Source of the DNA: Hemiscyllium ocellatum
Lineage: Eukaryota
NCBI RefSeq assembly: GCF_020745735.1
Contig: NC_083422.1
Coordinates: 47,244,001 to 47,308,000, forward strand
Direction: 5' to 3'
Length of the DNA stretch: 64,000 nt
The notes beneath the pieces were generated by a model. That model was not told where the DNA came from, made no database searches, and was given only the letters and a program-made list of their open reading frames with translations. Shown in pieces: positions 1-12,450 of this stretch. The translations under genes were made by a program, and so were the position numbers. Within the stretch, counting starts at the first letter, position 1. The number at the start of each line of letters is the position of its first letter.

Positions 1-28
1 CATTTACCCCTGACTAATGCACCTAACA

Positions 29-2815
29 GCAGTTCAGGCAGCATCCGAGGAGCAGGAAGATCTATGTTTCGGGCAAAAGCCCTTCATCAGGTCTAGAGGC
101 AGGGTACCTGCAGGGTGGAGAGGTAAATGAGAGGAGTGTGGGTTAGGGCAAAACTAGCATAGAGTACAATAGGTGAATGGGGGTGGGGATGGAGGTGATA
201 GGTCAGAGAGGAGGGTGGAGTGGATAGGTGGAAAGGAAGATAGGCAGGTAGGACAGGTCATGGAGACAGTGCTGAGCTGGAAGGTTGAACTGGGGTGAGG
301 TGGGGAAAGGGGAAATGAGGAAACTGGTGAAGTCCACATTGATGCCCTGGAGTTGAAGTGTTCCGAGGTGGAAGATGAGGCATTCTTCCTCCAGGCATCG
401 GGTGGTGAGGGAGCGGCGATGGAGGACGCCCAGAACCTGCATGTCCTCGGCAGAGTAGGAGGGGGAGTTGAAATGTTGGGTCACAGGGTGGTGTGGTTGA
501 TTGATGCTGATGTCCCAGAGATGTTCCCTAAAGCGCTCTGCTAGGAGGTGACCAGTCTTCCCAATGTACAGGAGACCGCATCGGAAGCAACGGATACAAT
601 AAATGATATTGGTGGATGTGCAGGTAAAACTGTGATGGATGTGGAAGGCTCCTTTGGGGCCTTGGATAGAGGTGAGGGAGGAGGTGTGGGCGCAGGTTTT
701 GCAAGTCCTGTGATGGCAGGGGAAGGTGCCAGGAATGGAGGGTGGGTTGTTGGGGGGGGGCGTGGACCTGACCAGGTAGTTACGGAAGGAACGGTCTTTG
801 TGGAAAGCGGAAAGGGGTGGGGAGGGAAATATATCCCTGGTGGTGGAGTCCGTTTGGAGGTGACGGAAATGTCGTCGGATGATGTGGTTTTGAGAAGATT
901 GGTAGGGGGGAAGGTGAGCACCGGGGGAGTTCTGCCCTTGTTAATGTTGGAGGGGTGGGGTTTGGGGGCGGAGGTGTGGATGTGGACAAGATGCGTTGGA
1001 GGGCACCTTTAACCACATGGGAAGGGGAATTGCTTGTCTCTAAAGAAGGAGGCCATCTGGTGTGTTCTGTGGTGGAAGTGGTCCTCCTGGGAGCAGATAT
1101 GGCGGAGGCAGAGGAATTGGGAATACGGGATGGCATTTTTGCAGGAGGTAGGGTAGTAAGAGGTGTAATCCAGGTAGCTGTGGGAGTCGGTGAGTTTGTA
1201 AAAAAATGTCAGCGTCAAATTGGTCATCATTAATGGAGATCGAGAGGTCCAGGCAGGGAAGGTAGGTGTCAGAGATGGTCCAGGTGAATTTAAGGTCAGG
1301 GTGGAATGTGTTGGTGAAGTTGATGAATTGCTCAACCTCCTCGCGGGAGCACAAGATGGCGCCAATGCAGTCATCACTGTAGCGGAGGAAGAGGTGGGGA
1401 GTGGTAGCGGTGTAACTACAGAAGATGGACTGTTCTACATAGCCAACAAAGAGACAGGCATAGCTGGGGCCCATACGGGTGCCCATGGCTACCCCTTTGG
1501 TCTGGAGGAAGTTGGAGGATTCGAAGGAGAAATTGTTATGGGTGAGGACCAGTTCAACCAAACGAATGAGAGTGTCAGTGGAAGGGTACTGTTGGGGACG
1601 TCGGGAGAGGAAGTAATGGAGGGCTTGGAGGCCCTGGTCATGGTGGATGAAGGTGTAGAGGGATTGGATATCCATGGTGAAGATGAGGCATTGGGGGACG
1701 GGGAAACGGAAGTCTTGGAGGAGGTGGAGGGTGTGGGTGGTTTCTCGAATGTATGTGGGGAGTTCCTGGACTGGGGGGATAGGACAGTGTTGAGGTATGT
1801 AGAGATGGGCTCGGTGGGATAGGAGCATGCTGAGACAATGGTCGGCCAGGGTGGTCAGGCTTGTGGATCTTGGGAAGGAGGTAGAACCGGGCAGTGCGGG
1901 GTTCCCGGACTATGAGGTTGGAAGTTGTGGGTGGGAGATCTCTTGAGGTGATGAGGTTCTGTATGGTCTATCATCTCCCAGACCATACAGGTAACAGGAC
2001 AGTTGCAAAACCTGTGCCCACACCTCCTCCCTCATCTCCATCCAAGGGCCCAAAGGAGCCTTCCACATCCATCAAAGTTTTACCTGCACATCCATCAATA
2101 TCATTTATTGTATCCGTTGCTTCTGATGCGGTCTCCTCTACATTGGGAAGACTGGACGCCTTCTAGCAGAGCGCTTTAGGGAACATCTCTGGGACACCCA
2201 CACCAATCAACCACACCACCCTGTGGCCCAACATTTCAACTCCCTCTCCCACTCTGTCGAGGACATGCAGGTCCTGGGCCTCCTTCACTGCCATTCCCTC
2301 ACCACCCAATGCCTGGAGGAAGAATGCCTCATCTTCCGCCTCAGAACACTTCAACCCCAGGGCGTCAATGTGGACTTCACCAGTTTCCTCATTTCCCCTT
2401 TCCCCACCTCACCCCAGCTCCAACCTTCCAGCTCAGCACTGTCCCCATGACTTGTCCTACCTGCCTATCTTCCTTTCCACCTATCCACTCCACCCTCCTC
2501 TCTGACCTATTACCTTCATCCCCACCCCCATTCACCCATTGTACCCTTTGCTACCTTCCCCCACCCTCCCCTCTGACCTATCACCTCCATCCCCACTCCC
2601 CATTCGCCTATTGTACTCTATGTCACTTTGTCCCCACCCCACCCCCTCTCATTTATCTCTCCACTCTGCAGGCACCCTGCCTCTATTCCTGAAGAAGGGC
2701 TTTTGCCCGAAATATCGATTTTCCTGCTCCTCGGATGCTGCCTGACCTGCTGTGCGTTTCCAGCACCACTCTAATGTAGACTCTGGTTTCCAGCATTTGC
2801 AGTCTTTGTTTTTAC
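29..2815 (-). mobile_element. Penelope-like element, Neptune-type: RT + Cys linker + GIY-YIG, 5'-truncated, with an inverted copy of its 3' part
   Basis: RT motifs MDIQSLYT, GVAMGTRMGPSYA and RYSDD (1040-1828, minus). GIY-YIG region with IIYCIRC and LLYIG motifs. Arms ~29-715 and ~1995-2790 are inverted copies. Degenerate 15-bp TSD (14-28 / 2816-2830) inside a V-SINE. Confidence 0.9.
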
Positions 2816-4204
2816 CTAATGTGTCTAACACTATGGGGAATTTAGCACAGCCAATTCACCTGATCTGCACATTTGTGAATTGTGGTGGGAAACCGGAGCA
2901 CCCAGAGGAAACTCACGGGATACGGGCCAAAAGCTGGTAAATAGGATTAGATTTATTTAGGATATTTGGTTGACATGAACAAGTTGAATCGAAGTTTCTG
3001 TTTTCATGCTGTACATCTCTATGACTCTATCTACACCACTTTGTTTCTATATTTGAAAGGGATTGTCTCTCAGTTAAACCCTCAGTTCCTCACCCAACTG
3101 ACTCATCTGCACTCTTTGAAGCTGTGACTGGTTCCTGAATAAAATCGCTTCTGACATTTAGATGCATTCAATTGCGCAATTTTAAAAACTTGCAAAGGTG
3201 TAAGAAACTATGTGAAACTGAATATGACATTGGATTGAGACACACTAATCAGCAACTGAGGGTCAGTGACAGAGGCTGAGAAATAGCAACAATCTGAAGA
3301 GGAGTCATGTCAGATTTGGTATTTTAACTCTGTTTCTCTTTCCACAGATACTTTCAGACCTGTTGAATTTCTCCAGAAATCTTTGTGTTTGTTTCAAATG
3401 CCAGCAGGGACTGGGAAACTCACCAGTATTGTCATGGTGACCCTATCTACCTAATCGTAGTCTGAGATTCACCCACACTGTTACCCCTGCATCTATCTGA
3501 GCCCCTGCTGTTGTTTAATCTCATTCTCACCTCCCCCCCCCCCCCCCCACCCTGATGAGATCATCCTTAAATATGGTGTTAGTTTTCACATGTACCTGTA
3601 CACTGATGATGACCAGTTTTACCTGAGAATGACCTCTCCAGACTGCTCACCCTGATGGTGTTGTATGAGGCACTGGTTCTGGAAGAGTTAATATTGAAGC
3701 TGCATTAGCTCCGCCCAATCTGATGATATCAGACCATCTTTGGGTGGAGAATTGTGTTGACCTGAGTCCCAGATGGAAACAGATAAGTCACCTCTGGCTC
3801 CAATTGGTTGTAATAAACTATTAACTAGTTAAAGTTGTTTGTACCTATTGCTATCAGACAATAAACTACACATTCTTATGTAAGGCAAGACCCCCTTCTT
3901 ATGTGGTATCTCCTTTCCCACTGGTAATTAGACAGGCCTTTGACTCAGCACAGGAAGACGACTGGTGACAATGATTTACCTTGCTCACAGGCCATCTACA
4001 GTTAGTACCCAGAGCCCAACGAGATAGATTTCTGATCTAGTACTGGATGAGCAGAAATTTCCTTCAAATATATAAAACTGAAGCCATTGTTTTCTGTCCC
4101 CTTGTCCCTAGCTACCATCTCCATCCCTCTTCCTGATACCAGTCTGAGATTAAACCAGTCTGTTCACAATCTTGGTGTCAAGAGGAACCTCATATTTGTC
4201 CTAT

Positions 4205-4662
4205 AAGATTAAATTCCCTACTGTATGGAAACAGACCCTTCAGCCCAACAAGTCTACACCAACCTTCCAAAAAGTAACCCACCCAGACCCTGATGAAGGG
4301 TCTTTCCACAAGAAGGGCTCCGGCCCGAAACGTCGATTCTCCTGCTCCGCAGATGCTGCGTTTTTTTCCAGCAACACACTCTCGACTCTCATCTCCAGAC
4401 CTCACTTCCACCCAGACCAATTCCCCTACCCTAAATATTTACCCCTGACTAATGTCCCTAACACTACGGGCAATTTAGCCTGGCCAATTCACCTGGCCTG
4501 CACATCTTTGGAATGTGGAAGGAAACCGCAGCACCCGGAGGAAACCCACACAGACAAGGGGAGAATATGCAAACTCCACACAGACAGCCGCCCAAGGCAG
4601 GAATTGAACCTGGCTCCCTGGCACTGTGAGGTAGCAGTGCTAACTACTGAGCCACTGTGCTG
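4205..4662 (-). mobile_element. HE1-type V-SINE, interrupted at 4290-4407
   Basis: tRNA-derived head, V-domain and CR1-like tail. Confidence 0.85.
4290..4407 (+). mobile_element. Short PLE-terminus element with hammerhead motif, inserted in a V-SINE
   Basis: CTGATGAAGGG...GCCCGAAACGTC. 11-bp TSD CCACCCAGACC at 4279-4289 and 4408-4418. Confidence 0.8.
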
Positions 4663-5451
4663 CTCCTATGACTATGACCATCTATTTCCACAGCTATATA
4701 TGAAATTGCCCTATATTCTCATCCGCATTTTATTTAACTTCTGAACTTAACTGATCCTACTCACCCCCGGTTGGTTCACTGCGCTCTACAAACTAAACTC
4801 AAGGACATCCAAAACTCTGCTGCCTTTGTGTGCACTCACAGCAAGACCCATTCTGCTCTCATCCCCCCCTCCTCCAAATCCTGCTGAGGCAACATCTTAA
4901 TTTAAAAATTCCCAACCTTCTTTTTAAACTCCTCACGGCTTCATCCCTCCCTATTTCTTTACACTCCTCCAACCCCACACTCTCTGAGGCATTTGCCCTC
5001 CTATAATTATGGCCCTTTGTTCGTTGCTCGCTCTAATTGCTGCATCAGTGAGTGTGCCTTCAGTTGCCTGAGAACTAAGCTCTAAAATTCCCTCTCTTCA
5101 GCTCACCTTCTCTCCAAATCACTTTCCTCTTGAGACATTCCTTTAATTCTTTTACCAAGCCCTGGGTGACGTGACCTTCCATTGCTCAGAGTGAGGTTTG
5201 TTTTATCCCGTGCAGTGTCTGGCGATATTTCATTGTGATGAAGATGTTATGGTAAGTTCTTTGTTGCTGAGAGATATCACCATGACGAGAATCTCTGCAT
5301 TTCCCTTCAGGCCATTGAGCTGCTGCATGGGGCGGGTAGGTGCTGTGTCAAAGAGCAGAAAAACCAAACTGGAATGTCCCAAATGAGCTCAGGTTGTGCA
5401 GTCGATGATTCATTCTGTCTGGGGCAATTCCCCACTATTCATATCTGGAGC

Positions 5452-5790
5452 TCGTTACACAGCAACAGGAGGAAGCCATTCAGCCCCCTGAGTCTGTTCC
5501 ACACGAACGGGAGGAGGCCATTTGGCCCCTGAAATCTGATACACAGCAACAGGAGGAGGCCAATCAGCCCCTCAAGCTTGTCACACAGGAACATGAGGAA
5601 GCCATTCAGCCCCTCGAGTCTGTTACACAGGAACATGAGGAAGCCATTCAGCCCCTCGAGTCTGTTACACAGGAACAGGAGGAAGCCATTCAGCCCCTTG
5701 TGTCTGTTACACAGGAACAGGAGGAGGCCATTCAGCCCTTTGAGTCTGTTACACAGGAACAGGAGGAGGCCATTCAGTCCCTTGAGACTC
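5452..5790. repeat. 42-bp minisatellite, ~8 copies
   Basis: Unit TGTTACACAGGAACAGGAGGAAGCCATTCAGCCCCTCGAGTC. Confidence 0.95.
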
Positions 5791-6555
5791 ATGTACACGA
5801 TGGCCCTTTTTAACCATTTTAACTTATTAAACCCCTTAGTTGATCCCTATGTTTTCATATCCAGGGGAAGCAGGGCTGGAGAATGTTGTCCGTGTTATCT
5901 CTTGTCCTCACCTTGCAGCATTCCAGAGTGAATGTTCCCTCGGTGACATCCCATTCCACTGTCTCCCTAATAAACCCCTCCTTCCTTTCCCTGACTCTTT
6001 TCTACTCAAACAACTCCTTCCACCTCCTCCCCTGTCACCATGCAAGGCCCCTAAGGCCGCCTGTAGGTGTTTAACCTGTGCCTGGTTCTGATTAAGTGAA
6101 CTGTAAGTGTGGTTCACAATGTAGAGTTCTGTACGTTCCACTCCATGGAGCAGCCCTGGCCACTGTCTGAGCAGAACCCTGAGCTTCTGATTGACGTGGT
6201 AACTCTCGACCTCCCTCTCCCAGCCTCCATTCTCGGCCTCTGACACTGTTTTCATTGAGACCTGCAGAAACACAAGGAATGTTACCTCATCTTTCTATAT
6301 GGGGCCTTAGAGCTTTCTACAATCCCAGGCGATCAGCTGCCTTCAGCAGGGTTACTGTCTCCTCCCTGAAGTGCAGCGGCCAGATCTGAACTCAATACTG
6401 ACCACCCCCCTATCTTCTATCACTGCCTCAGCAGTACATAGAATCATGTGGTATAGAAGAGGCCCTTCAGCCCATCAGATCTGTACTACAACAAATACTG
6501 GTCCTATTCTCCCACACTGAGCTCATGGTATTGAATGTTTTTTTATATTACTTTT

Positions 6556-6850
6556 TAGATTACTTACAGTGTGGAAACAGGCCTTTTGGCCCAACAAGTC
6601 CACACTGACCCGCCGAAGCGCAACCCACCCATACCCCTACATTTACCCCTTACCTAACACTACAGGCAGTTCAGCATGGCCAATTCACCTGACGCATACA
6701 TCTTTGGATTGTGGGAGGAAACCGGAGCACCCGGAGGAAACCCACGCAGACACGGGGAGAATGTGCAAACTCCACACAGAGAGTCGCCTGAGGTGGGAAT
6801 TGAGCCCGGGTCTCTGGCGCTGTGAGGCAGCGGTGCAAACCACCGTGCCA
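6556..6850 (-). mobile_element. HE1-type V-SINE
   Basis: Full-length copy in reverse orientation to 10785-11112. Confidence 0.9.
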
Positions 6851-7099
6851 CCTGGCCGCCTACTTGAAGTTATGATACTTCAAGAGCTCACACAAGTAAT
6901 TTTTAAAACATTGTAAGGTTTCCCACCTCCTATACGCTCTCAGACAATGCTTTCCAGACCTTCCACTACCTTCTGGGTGAAAAATGCTTCTCCTCAAATT
7001 ATGTTGGCTAGGAACTCAGGGGGAAACGCCAGTCTGCATGTTCCCCAAGGGAATGTTGTGGGGTTTACTGTGTCTGCATCTCAGTGCTGTCTGCCCCAT

Positions 7100-7630
7100 A
7101 AAGCACAGCACCTCCTGGAGCAACAACACCTTATCTTCCACCTGGGCACCCTACAGTCCTGAGGACTCCACACTGAGTTCTCCAATTTCAAACAACCTCC
7201 TTCACCATACCCTTCCCAGCCCCTATCCCTCCATCCCACTGCTCCCTGCCACCCAACCGGATTCCTTCCTCCCACTGATCAACCAGGCTGTGCCCTCTAC
7301 CTAGGGGAAAGTGAGGACTGCAGATGCTGGAGAGCAGAGCTGAAAATGTGTTGCTGGAAGAGCGCAGCAGGTCAGGCAGCATCCAAGGAGCAGGAGAATC
7401 GACATTTCGGGCATGAGCCCTTCTTCAGGAATGAGGAAAGTCCTCTACCTGCCTTCACCTGCCCCCACTCCACCACCCTGCCACCCCCTCTACACCCAAT
7501 CCCCCAGTCCTGAAGAAAGGTCACACCCGAAACGTTGAATTCTCCACCCCCTGATGCTGCCTGGCTTGCTGTGTTCTTCCAGCCTCCTGCTGGTCTACTC
7601 TGGATTCCAGCATCTCCAGTTTTCTGAGTC
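7100..7630 (+). mobile_element. PLE 3' remnant (hammerhead-like motif 7510-7536) with a second PLE-terminus element nested in opposite orientation at 7303-7441
   Basis: EQQHLIFHLGTLQ is the end of a Neptune-type ORF. The nested unit is flanked by the 9-bp TSD CCTCTACCT (7294-7302 / 7442-7450). Confidence 0.8.
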
Positions 7631-10600
7631 TCGAACCATGTTTCCAGCACCAGCAGTGACAGTGACCTCCCCGAGTGGGGGAGCACGGCTAGCACACACC
7701 AAGTGAAATGTGACACTTTCTTGGCTGTCTGCAGAGGCAGTCAGGGTTTCGCCAGTGTTTGTGCGGTTTTGCACTGAGCGGCTTGCAGAGGGCTGCAAGG
7801 ATCGAGTCGAGTCACGGCGCCTCATAAATTCCACTGTCAACCCGACCCAGGATTGACGCAGCTCGGAAGAACTCGCTCGATGAGTCAGAGCGAACGGGGT
7901 GGTTTCCAAATTGTCCTGCTCTCTGTTGGTCTCCCCGAGGCTTCTCTGCTGCTGCTGCGTCTCGCTCTTTCGCTTCCAATCACTTGCTCCAGAATCATTT
8001 ATCTAGCGCCGGCTGCAGGTCTGCGAGTGCCTTCACGGCCAATGAAACGGTGCAGTCATTGCTTTCATCTCTGCAACGTGATGGACAATGTATGCACAGC
8101 AAAATCCAACAAACAGTAATGCGGTTAATGACCAGAGAACCTGCTTTTTGTGATGTTGATCGAGGGACAATTTTTAGCCAGGACATTGTGGACAACTTCC
8201 CTGCATTTCTGCCATGGGACTTTTGATATTGGCAAGTTGCCACTTGGATTGGCTTCCCCTCGAAATGATTGTCATTCGAGACGGTGTAATAGAAGATTAA
8301 CCACTCACTGCATTGCTGTGGGGTGGGGTTATATTGTACTAGCATTCCAGGAACCAAGCACCTCCCAGAACACAGCCATAGGTTGATGTCCAGCCACTGG
8401 ACTGACCATCCACTGCAGCACCTCCCAGTGCAGCAGCAACAACATCATCCACATTCTTTACTCAGCGAGTAGTGAGTTCATGGAATGCCCTGCCAGTAGC
8501 AGTGGTGGACTCTCCCTCTTGATGGGCATTTAAACAGGCATTGGATAGGCATATGGAGGATAGTGGGCTAGTGTAGGTTAGGTGGGCTTGGATCGGCGCA
8601 ACATCGAGGACCGAAGGGCCTGTACTGCGCTGTATTGGTCTATGTTCTATGTTCTATGTTCATTCAGAAAGCTTTCAAAAGGACAGTACAATGGTGCAGA
8701 CCAATCCTGGCGTCTGATACAAGTTTGAATGTAGGATCACTGCTTGATTAGGTGATGGAAGCAGTTGCAACATTGATTGTAAACGGGGAAATTAATAACC
8801 ACTAGAAAAATAAGACACTGAGGAACAAGCCAGGGGTGTGTGCAATTCTCTGGAAATCTCTTTCAGTGAACGAGAACAGGCATGTTCACTGAAAGGTCGT
8901 GTTTTGGAGAATCTGACAGGTCAGAAGGATGTCATTGGCTGCAGAGATTTCGAGCAAACATGGAATTTTTAAAGTCTGATTTGGATTGGTATGGCTGTGA
9001 GTTAGTAATTTAAGGCGACCCAGTGTGAATGGGGTTCTCTGGGCCATAAGTCAGACTGTGTGGGCGATGGTCTGAGTTGGATGGTCACAGTCACAATTTG
9101 TCTTGCACTTGCGGACTGAGAGGTCATATCTTCTCCTCCAGCCGGTCCTGGGGGCTGACCCACTGGCACTTCACCACTCGGCTCAGTCAGAAGAGTTGGG
9201 ACTATTGTCAGTTTGTAAAGGGAGGGCTCCCAGATTTCACACGAGTATCTGAGTTTCTGCTGAGGTTGCGCGTCAATGCGAGTCAGCTGTTGGCCGGTGG
9301 TGTTCTTTGAGTAGGCAGTTTTCCGTGTGAACATCAGGAGGTTTTCCTCTCTCTAGAAGTCACGTGAGTTTCAATGTTTCAGAAATAATCCTCGTGTCTT
9401 CCCGGAGATGATGTGTCCCGGCCAGCTCGTGAGTCCGAATGAGCAGCAGATGTCTGCTGCTGAGCAGAGCAGGACGAGTGAAGTAATAGTTTCAGTCCAG
9501 TGAAACTTCTAATTCAGGGGCCAAGGGTACATCTGGTGGGAGGGAGGTATTTGATGGGAGGGCTGTTTTAGTGGGGAACAGGGTGTTTCGAAAGTTTTGG
9601 ATGGAAAGAAACATTTGGGGATCTGGAGAATAGGATGTTTTGGGGAGAATGGGACGTTAGGGGGAGCAAGGTGTTTAGGTTGTTATGGGAGGAGTGGGAT
9701 AAGGCCCCTGCTTTCCTTTCCTGTGTGACTTTATAATATGAATCAAAATTTGGTGCAATATTTAAAACCAGACACAGAAAAGAATCAAAAAGGCTAATCG
9801 CATGGTCAGGGCCTCATCTGGAGTATCTGTGTTCAGCTCTCTATCTGTGGAAATATTGGTGCCCCCAGATGACGTCAGGATTGGCTAGCCCACTACTCAC
9901 CGACACCTGAACTCCAATGCCAGATTTTTACCCTATTGCTGCCCCTAATCAAGACTTCAGAACTCGGCTGAATCCCACAATAGAATTCCACAAAGGGGAT
10001 TTCCTGATAAATGGGCAGGCATATAAATCATTGTTGATTCATGTAAGCGAATCAAACATTAATTTCATTCCAAACATTCCTGTGTCTTTAATTCGAATGC
10101 CACATTTCTCCATTGAGCTCAAATGTTGACAAGATGAAATCATGGCCGAGTTACTCAGAAATGGCACAGTGTTATTTCCAGAAACAGAAGCAATCTAAAT
10201 GAGTAAATGACTCAGGGAAACAGCTGAAACACAAACCAGGAAATGCCATCAAAGTGAAAGATTGCTTTTCTCTCACAGATAAGTATTACTAGCATTTTTT
10301 TTTGTTTTCCAGTTAATAATTTCCAGTATTAGCAACTTTCTGTTTTATCATCAATGTTGATGACTCCTTATTTATTTAATAACCACCGCTACTCTCCCCA
10401 CCCCACACCCTTGCCAGCCCGGGGGGGGGGGGGGCGGTTTCCCAGGTGGAGGGTTTGCAAAGGGCTATAGCAGGAGTGAGGGGGTCAGCGAGGGTCTGAA
10501 AGGCACAGCTTACAGTGGTGTTATTGGTTGGCGTGTAGGGTTAGAGCAGGAAGGTAGTGTTGCAGCATAAAGTCGGTTACAGTTGCTACACCACAGAAAT

Positions 10601-10784
10601 AGTCACTGGAAGCTACCGCAAGATATGCTTCCTTTCTACGTCTGCTTCCACAAGACTTCCTGAAAGTGTTCAGTGGAGCACAGCATGGATTGTACAGAAT
10701 TTGCAAAACAGCTGGGTCGAGGATGTGAGAATTTTGTTTGTAGGCAGCATGTTCTGTTGGCCTGGACGGCACGGTGGTAGCGGG

Positions 10785-11112
10785 CTGCACGGTGGAACAG
10801 TGGTTAGCACTGCTGCCTCACAGTGCCAGAGACCCGGGTTCAATTCCCGCTTCAGGGACTGACTGTGTGGAGTTTGCACATTCTCCCCGTGTCTGCGTGG
10901 TTTCCTCCGGGTGCTCCGGTTTCCTCCCACAGTCCAAAAATGTGCGGGTCAGGTGAATTGACCATGCTAAATTGCCCATAGTGTTAGGTAAGGGGTAAAT
11001 GTTGGGGTAAATGTAGGGGTATGGGTGGGTTGCGCTTCGGCGGGTCAGTGTGGACTTGTTGGGCTGAAGGGCCTGTTTCCACACTGTAAGTAATCTAATC
11101 TAATCTAATCTA
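10785..11112 (+). mobile_element. HE1-type V-SINE, full length
   Basis: A/B-box head (GGTTCAATTCC), V-domain GTGTGGAGTTTGCACATTCTCCCCGTGTCTGCGTGG and (AATCT)n tail. Confidence 0.92.
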
Positions 11113-11944
11113 AACTGCAACAGCAGTGGCAGCAGGTTCAATAGTAACTCGACAATGAAAGGTTTGGAGGGCTGGGTGGAACAACAGTTGGGGGAATGCA
11201 ATGGGCAGAACAGCTCTAATGAGAAACCAGCAGAGACACAAGGGGCAGAACACTCTCATTCTGTGCCATACTGTTTCTGTCATTTTCTAAATTGTTAACA
11301 CATTTCAATAAATGTTTTGTTGCATCTCTCCTCTCAGTCAGTTGGGGAATCTATAAAAGTGAAGTTGACTCCATGTTCACACTTGATTTCCATAAGCAGG
11401 ACTATATTCCTCCCTTCGAGAAGAATCTAGAATGAGGGTCGTGGTTTCAAAATAAGGAGGCTCCCATTTCAGGTGGAGGTGAGGAGGAATTTGTTCTCCG
11501 AGAGGCTTGTTAATGGTTAGAATTCTCCCTGCTTGAAAACATTTAAGGCTGGGTTAGACACATTTTCACCTACAAGGGAGCCATAAGTTATTGAAGATTA
11601 AGAATGTGGAGTTGAAACAATAATCAGATCAGCCATGATCCTATTCAGTTGTAGAATAGGCTCGAGGGGCCAAATGGCCTACTCCTGCTCTTATTTCTTA
11701 CATTGTTATTTTGCCCTTGTCTGTTAAACACTGAGCAGACTGAGCAACTTCAAGTAGCATGCAGAATGAACTCAAAATGTCTTAGGTGAAGAAAGAGTTA
11801 AGAGATTTGCTCTATGATTTCCCAGGCTGTGACTTAACAAGGAACTCCCATCAATTGCAGCCAATATATAGAGCTTCCTGTCTCCAAGAACCATTCAATT
11901 CCTGATCCGTGTGAAGGAACTCCCTCACCCGCTAAGAAACAATC

Positions 11945-11961
11945 ATGAATGGACTGAGCAA
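11945..11961 (+). CDS. GGH-like coding exon 1 (MNGLS-K, phase 2)
   Basis: ATG has A at -3 and an in-frame TAA four codons upstream. Donor AA|GTGAGT. Phase 2 matches the 15898 exon, giving MNGLSK-TEALNDRPVIG. Short and not homologous to anything I recognise, so this is the least certain exon. Confidence 0.6.
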
Positions 11962-12199
11962 GTGAGTGCTTTGGTGTAACATTGGAACTTTTTCTGGATA
12001 AGGGGTGATGAGTGGCGGGGAAGTGGGGGGGGGTTGTTACTGGCAGAGTGTGGTGGTTTATATTGTCTCTGTGTTAGCTGCAATGTTTCTGCCTTTGTTT
12101 ACAATCCTAGACACTGGCGGCGAGTTTGTACTGAATGTAATAACTGCAAATAAACTACCAGAGTTTCTCAGATTAAAGCTGGAGTGTTTTAGAGCTCAG

Positions 12200-12450
12200 G
12201 CAGACCTGGGATTGTGAGTAGACCTGGGATCGTGGGAAGACCTGGGATCGCAGGTAGACCTGGGATCGTGGGCAGACCTGGGATCGTGGGCAGACCTGGG
12301 ATCGTGGGCAGACCTGGGATCGTGGGTAAACCTGGGATCTCGAGTAAACCTGGGATCTCGAGTAAACCTGGGATCTCGAGTAAACCTGGGATCTCAGGTA
12401 GACCTGGGATCTTAGGTAAATTGGGATCTCAAGTAGACTGGGATCTCATA
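12200..12450. repeat. 18-bp minisatellite, ~13 copies
   Basis: Unit GACCTGGGATCGTGGGCA with variants. Confidence 0.95.

Noticed and set aside
3660-4065. Possible LTR-like insert within an L2 remnant
   Set aside because: AATAAA is present but I could not define termini or a TSD.
7853-8119. Leu-rich ORF as the missing GGH signal-peptide exon
   Set aside because: The donor I could see (GCAG|GTCTGC near 8018) is phase 1, while the 15898 exon needs phase 2; the hydrophobic stretch is also interrupted.
9002-9334. 110-aa minus-strand ORF as NEURL1 or another gene
   Set aside because: No recognisable motif or convincing splice sites; I found no NEURL1 coding exon in the window.
10785-10860. tRNA gene
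   Set aside because: It is the tRNA-derived head of a V-SINE and runs straight into the V-domain.
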